64,000 bases of DNA. Source: Styela clava. Its lineage: Eukaryota. Location: the NCBI RefSeq assembly GCF_964204865.1, contig NC_135262.1, positions 2,294,001 through 2,358,000 of the forward strand, written 5' to 3'. Shown piece after piece: positions 60,701-64,000 of this stretch (position 1 is the first letter of the stretch; each line of letters starts with the position of its first letter). A model generated the notes under the pieces. It ran no database searches and was not told the origin of the DNA. It saw only the letters and a program-made list of their open reading frames with translations. The position numbers were made by a program, and so were the translations under genes.

Positions 60701-63533
60701 TCACTTATGACGTCATTTTTATGACGCCACCTTTACTGAGATACATTCATAAAAGTATCACATAACAATAGTTTGATTAGGTCCACCCAATCTCGCTTTA
60801 AAACAGTATCAATTCGTCACAAATTTATGACGTCCAAGTTTGTAATATGACGTCACGTTTCACTTCGATGACAACTTCACGTGAACAACCATATATGTTA
60901 CATATGACGGCATATTTGATACTACACGTGGAATGTCTACGTGACATCGGGACATTTGTGCCATGACACGGAGATTTCATTTGCCTAAAAATTAAATTTA
61001 TCACCACAAATAGGAAAAGATAGGAATCTGCTATACTGTGTCACTTAAAGAACATATGAAAGTGTTCAAATCAGCGCTTTTAATGAAAATATCGATTTAA
61101 ACTTAAATATATACATATACCGGTATAATAAAAACAAATTGAATATAATCATAAAAATATTTCGTAATCACCGAAAAAGACAGAAAATTATTAATAGAAA
61201 TTACCTACAAAAACGCGGTTAGCCATTGTAACAATTGATTATTTGTTTTTATAGCTTTTGTTTTTTTACTAGTCCAATACCAATGTAGGAAAATAGCTGC
61301 AAGTAGTTTCGAAATATCGCATCGGAAACTTTATAATTTCTTATCACCAATATTGATACCGATATGTAACGCACCTATCAGCAGCTATAAGAATTTCTAC
61401 CCACGGCTGCATCGACGAAATTTTTATATACTAATTCCTGATCTTTCTATATATTCGTAAAGTCCCAATTCAGTTCCGCGCCAAATTCATTAAAGTTAAA
61501 ATATTATAATAATTAGGCCATTGTAATGATTCAACCACTACTTGTCACTAGACATAGTAAGTTAAGTTGAACTTGGGAACTTCTTTAAAGTTCAATTAAA
61601 CCTATTGATAGTCTAAAGAAAAATGAGCGGAATTTAACAACCTATAATCCGGAAGGTCATCTCTATGGTCAAATTTGTACTTTTATCAAAACTAACAAGA
61701 TTTTTGTCACAAGATATGGGATACGCCCAATTTGCAGTCCTAAAAATATTGTCAGAAGGCATCGCCGGTTTGCGAAAATATTCCCTTGAATAACTGAGTC
61801 CCAGTTCAAACTACATATATTTATATCGGTTTAGAATTGATCGAATTGGTTTCGGCCTAAAAAAATTCTAATCGGTTTTGCTCCGATATTGTCGATTCGA
61901 AATACTGTTTCAGCCGACATACATTAGCACTTCGAACTAACTTGCTAGTATTATTTTGGGCGAATTGAACAAATTGCCTGAAGTCTTCTCATTTTTGGTC
62001 GATACTCGTTTGCTCTACAGTAGCCAACAGTGACTAACTCTACTATTACACTTGAATCTTGATAAACCAGTTGTTTGCCTCTTATTACGAATCAAAAACT
62101 TGTTTATTTGTCATCGTGGTTTGTGTAAGAGAAAGTGATAAACACTCACTCAAAGGTTAAATCCTATTTTTTATTCAATTATTAGGTTTATTTAAATTTA
62201 TAAACTATACTTCCACGAATTAAAGTTAACAGTGATTCCGAATTTTAGAATGTAACTAAACCGTAGTACTCTTGCATGACAGTTCAATGCAAGGTATCCA
62301 AAGCGACAGCGAATTATAATTTCGACATAGTCATTCATAGTTTATGTTGTTCCTCTTTGCTCTACATTACCTGGACTCTATTTGAAAAGGGCCGTATCGA
62401 TTAACGCATCTGGACCTAGCAATGTAAGCGTCTTAGACTACAGTTCTTGTCATTATGCCTATCTCTCGCGACTCAAATTTGGTTGACGAACCGGTTAAAG
62501 TCTTCTTGTGCCAAACAAAATCTTTCCATACGAATAGTGACCGTCTGTATATTGTGCTGCTTAGAGAGAAGGTGTAATACACTTTATAAACTTTTTTGTT
62601 ATTTTTATTTTCGCAAATAACAAAACAGACAAAAGCTTTCGATACGCGTAAATTATTGCTTGTATAGAGCCTTCTTTAATGCAAAGATTTATTTTATGCT
62701 TTCAAAGTTTCCAGTTATAAGTTACTGCTTGTATTAAGGGCTACTTGGAGTAACTTTACAAATTAAAATATTTTAAAATAGTAAAAACACTCACCTGGGG
62801 CTCTTGCATAACTGATGACTTTTTCTCGTTTTGTTTCGTCTTCTTCGTATTCTTCGTCTTCAATTTCTAATTCCAATTCGTCCAGTCTCCTTTTCTGTTT
62901 TAGTATTCTACGAATTGGGGGGGAGTCGAGAGAAATCTTTGGAACCGTGATGTTTGGGGGCGCTTTCAATTTTAACTGTTGTAGAATGTTCCTTTTGACT
63001 GAATCGACCCAAAGCGCACGGGCCTCTTCTCGGGGAGCGCAGGATTTTCCGCCGCGACAAGGCCTCTTTTCTTCGGCAGTATAGTCCGATATTTCCTGGT
63101 CGTCATAAGGGACCTCGTACGCTGCTTTCACAGGCGTATCCTGCATATTACTGTAGTCGTAATATTCAGTGTATTGATTTCCATAATAATAGTATTCTTG
63201 CTCTTTTGCATTCCGTTCGTTTTGCATCCCTTCAGTAATGGGGTCTACGCTTTCATCATACGTTTTTGCACGACTGTTGATGCCTTCCTGAGTTTTGGTC
63301 CAAAAATAAGAAGCATCTTTTTTAATAGCACCAGGGGGGATGGGATAGGAAGACTCTTGTTCTGCGTCTGGATGCTCTGATAACTGCGCTTTGTAAACTT
63401 GCTGAGCTTGTGTGCAAGCAAATAATAATGAAAATAATATAATACTAGTACATGATAGTCTTGGAAACCGGATGCGTCTCTTTGCAACACAATGACAACG
63501 ACACGAATCAACGTTAGACAAATCTCCCGCCAT
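42390..63533 (-). CDS. mstn: Myostatin/GDF8/11 TGF-beta family ligand precursor; 3 exons, 1494 nt, 497 aa
   Basis: join(complement 62795-63533, 47800-48158, 42390-42785); intron phases 1 and 0, as in vertebrate MSTN/GDF11. Signal peptide, latency helix VKRNILQQLKLKAPPNIT, furin site RRKKR, and 9-Cys mature domain DAGALICNEESREERCCKY...GWDWII.P..Y...CAGEC...PCCAPTKMAPMSMLYF...RCGCM. Confidence 0.95.
46588..46640 (+). mobile_element. Truncated tRNA-SINE head
   Basis: ggcgcaagggtccagttgctagggcgtgtggactg...catcgcaggt aligns to the minus strand starting at 48597. Confidence 0.4.
47800..48158 (-). CDS. mstn: myostatin exon 2 (prodomain arm)
   Basis: acceptor ttcttttccag|TG, donor AAG|gtaaag; VTSAVIWIYIK...AEWKSFSISNEVSRWFTNPESNLGIDI. 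Confidence 0.93.
48273..48372 (+). mobile_element. Merlin-like MITE family A, 5' half
   Basis: ggcgctcgagatgtatgtgtaccaatagggaggtaactaattttgttcg...gggactgaaacctatgg. Confidence 0.7.
48505..48597 (-). mobile_element. tRNA-derived SINE head
   Basis: minus strand GGCGCGATGACGTAGTGG (A box)...CATCGCAGGT...GGGTTCAAATTCC (B box); no closing acceptor stem; related head at 46588 (+). Confidence 0.55.
54111..54320. mobile_element. MITE family B
   Basis: ttttgtacaaagcccc...gaaattagtaattagccagttagggttagg...aaaaacgtggcgg. Confidence 0.65.
56094..56300 (-). mobile_element. Tc1/mariner-type MITE
   Basis: TACAGGGTGTTCAT...ATGGACACCCTATA; internal sequence matches the reverse complement of 4228-4437. Confidence 0.72.
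57991..58100. mobile_element. Fragment of the same repeat family in myostatin intron 1
   Basis: tgattcaagagtctcgctgcac...ttgaattaaatagtataatc...ttcttgctacggcatcctt resembles 811-835 and 935-980. Confidence 0.55.
60700..60950. promoter_or_regulatory. Candidate intronic enhancer of myostatin (CRE/E-box cluster)
   Basis: TGACGTCA at 60708 and 60848; TGACG at 60722, 60815 (rc), 60828 and 60905; CACGTG at 60878 and 60925. Confidence 0.35.
62795..63533 (-). CDS. mstn: myostatin exon 1 (signal peptide, Tyr-rich extension, prodomain N-terminal part)
   Basis: ATG at 63533; donor CCAG|gtgagt; 739 nt. Confidence 0.9.
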
Positions 63534-64000
63534 TGCAAAGTCAATTATTCCTTTAATTAAGTTTCGCTTCTGAGGTTTTTTTTCCAGAAATTAAGTCCTC
63601 TGACGTCTTAAACCTCGGCTTGCAGCGGTCTTCAATTGTATATTTCAAGTAGCAATAATTATGGTATACTCACGCCTAGCAATTACGACTATTGGGTAAT
63701 CAGATACCAACTTGTATCTATATATATATAAAAAGAAAAAAACATTCGCACTTTTCTCAAAAATTACCAATCGAACTGGAAACATTTTTTTTACTTTCGC
63801 TAATATTTGAAAGCTAAGTCATATTTCGTGTCGTTTCAAAATGACGAATAAAACACGGGCTCCGTTTCTCACGAATCTTGCACACTTGCGTTACTTCTCC
63901 TTATGGTGAGGCAACGTTTGCAAAACCCGGAAAAAAATCGACACAGTGAAAAAATAAACTCTCAAATTTTTCGCGCCGGTTGAAAACTCATTTGCGTTAA

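Overview
Eukaryotic, AT-rich genomic DNA with spliceosomal introns, from an invertebrate animal, most plausibly an ascidian tunicate (inferred from gene types; not provable here). I assembled two multi-exon protein-coding genes on the minus strand by hand, with phase-consistent GT-AG junctions. (1) A 12-coding-exon, about 926-aa divergent T-box transcription factor of the Eomes/Tbr1/Tbx21 subfamily (like ascidian maternal 'mT'), 18792->170. (2) A 3-exon, 497-aa myostatin/GDF8/11 ligand, 63533->42390, with a long Tyr-rich acidic N-terminal prodomain extension. Introns and the 23-kb intergenic region hold many non-autonomous elements: hAT MITEs, Tc1/mariner MITEs, GG-ended 8-bp-TSD (Merlin-like) MITEs including a nested insertion, tRNA-derived SINE heads, LINE 3' ends and local tandem duplications. 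The most unusual signal is a Penelope-type repeat carrying a minimal hammerhead-ribozyme motif, present as inverted pairs in T-box introns. The copy antisense to the host gene is intact, while both sense copies have catalytic-core lesions. Most short ORFs in the supplied track are spurious.
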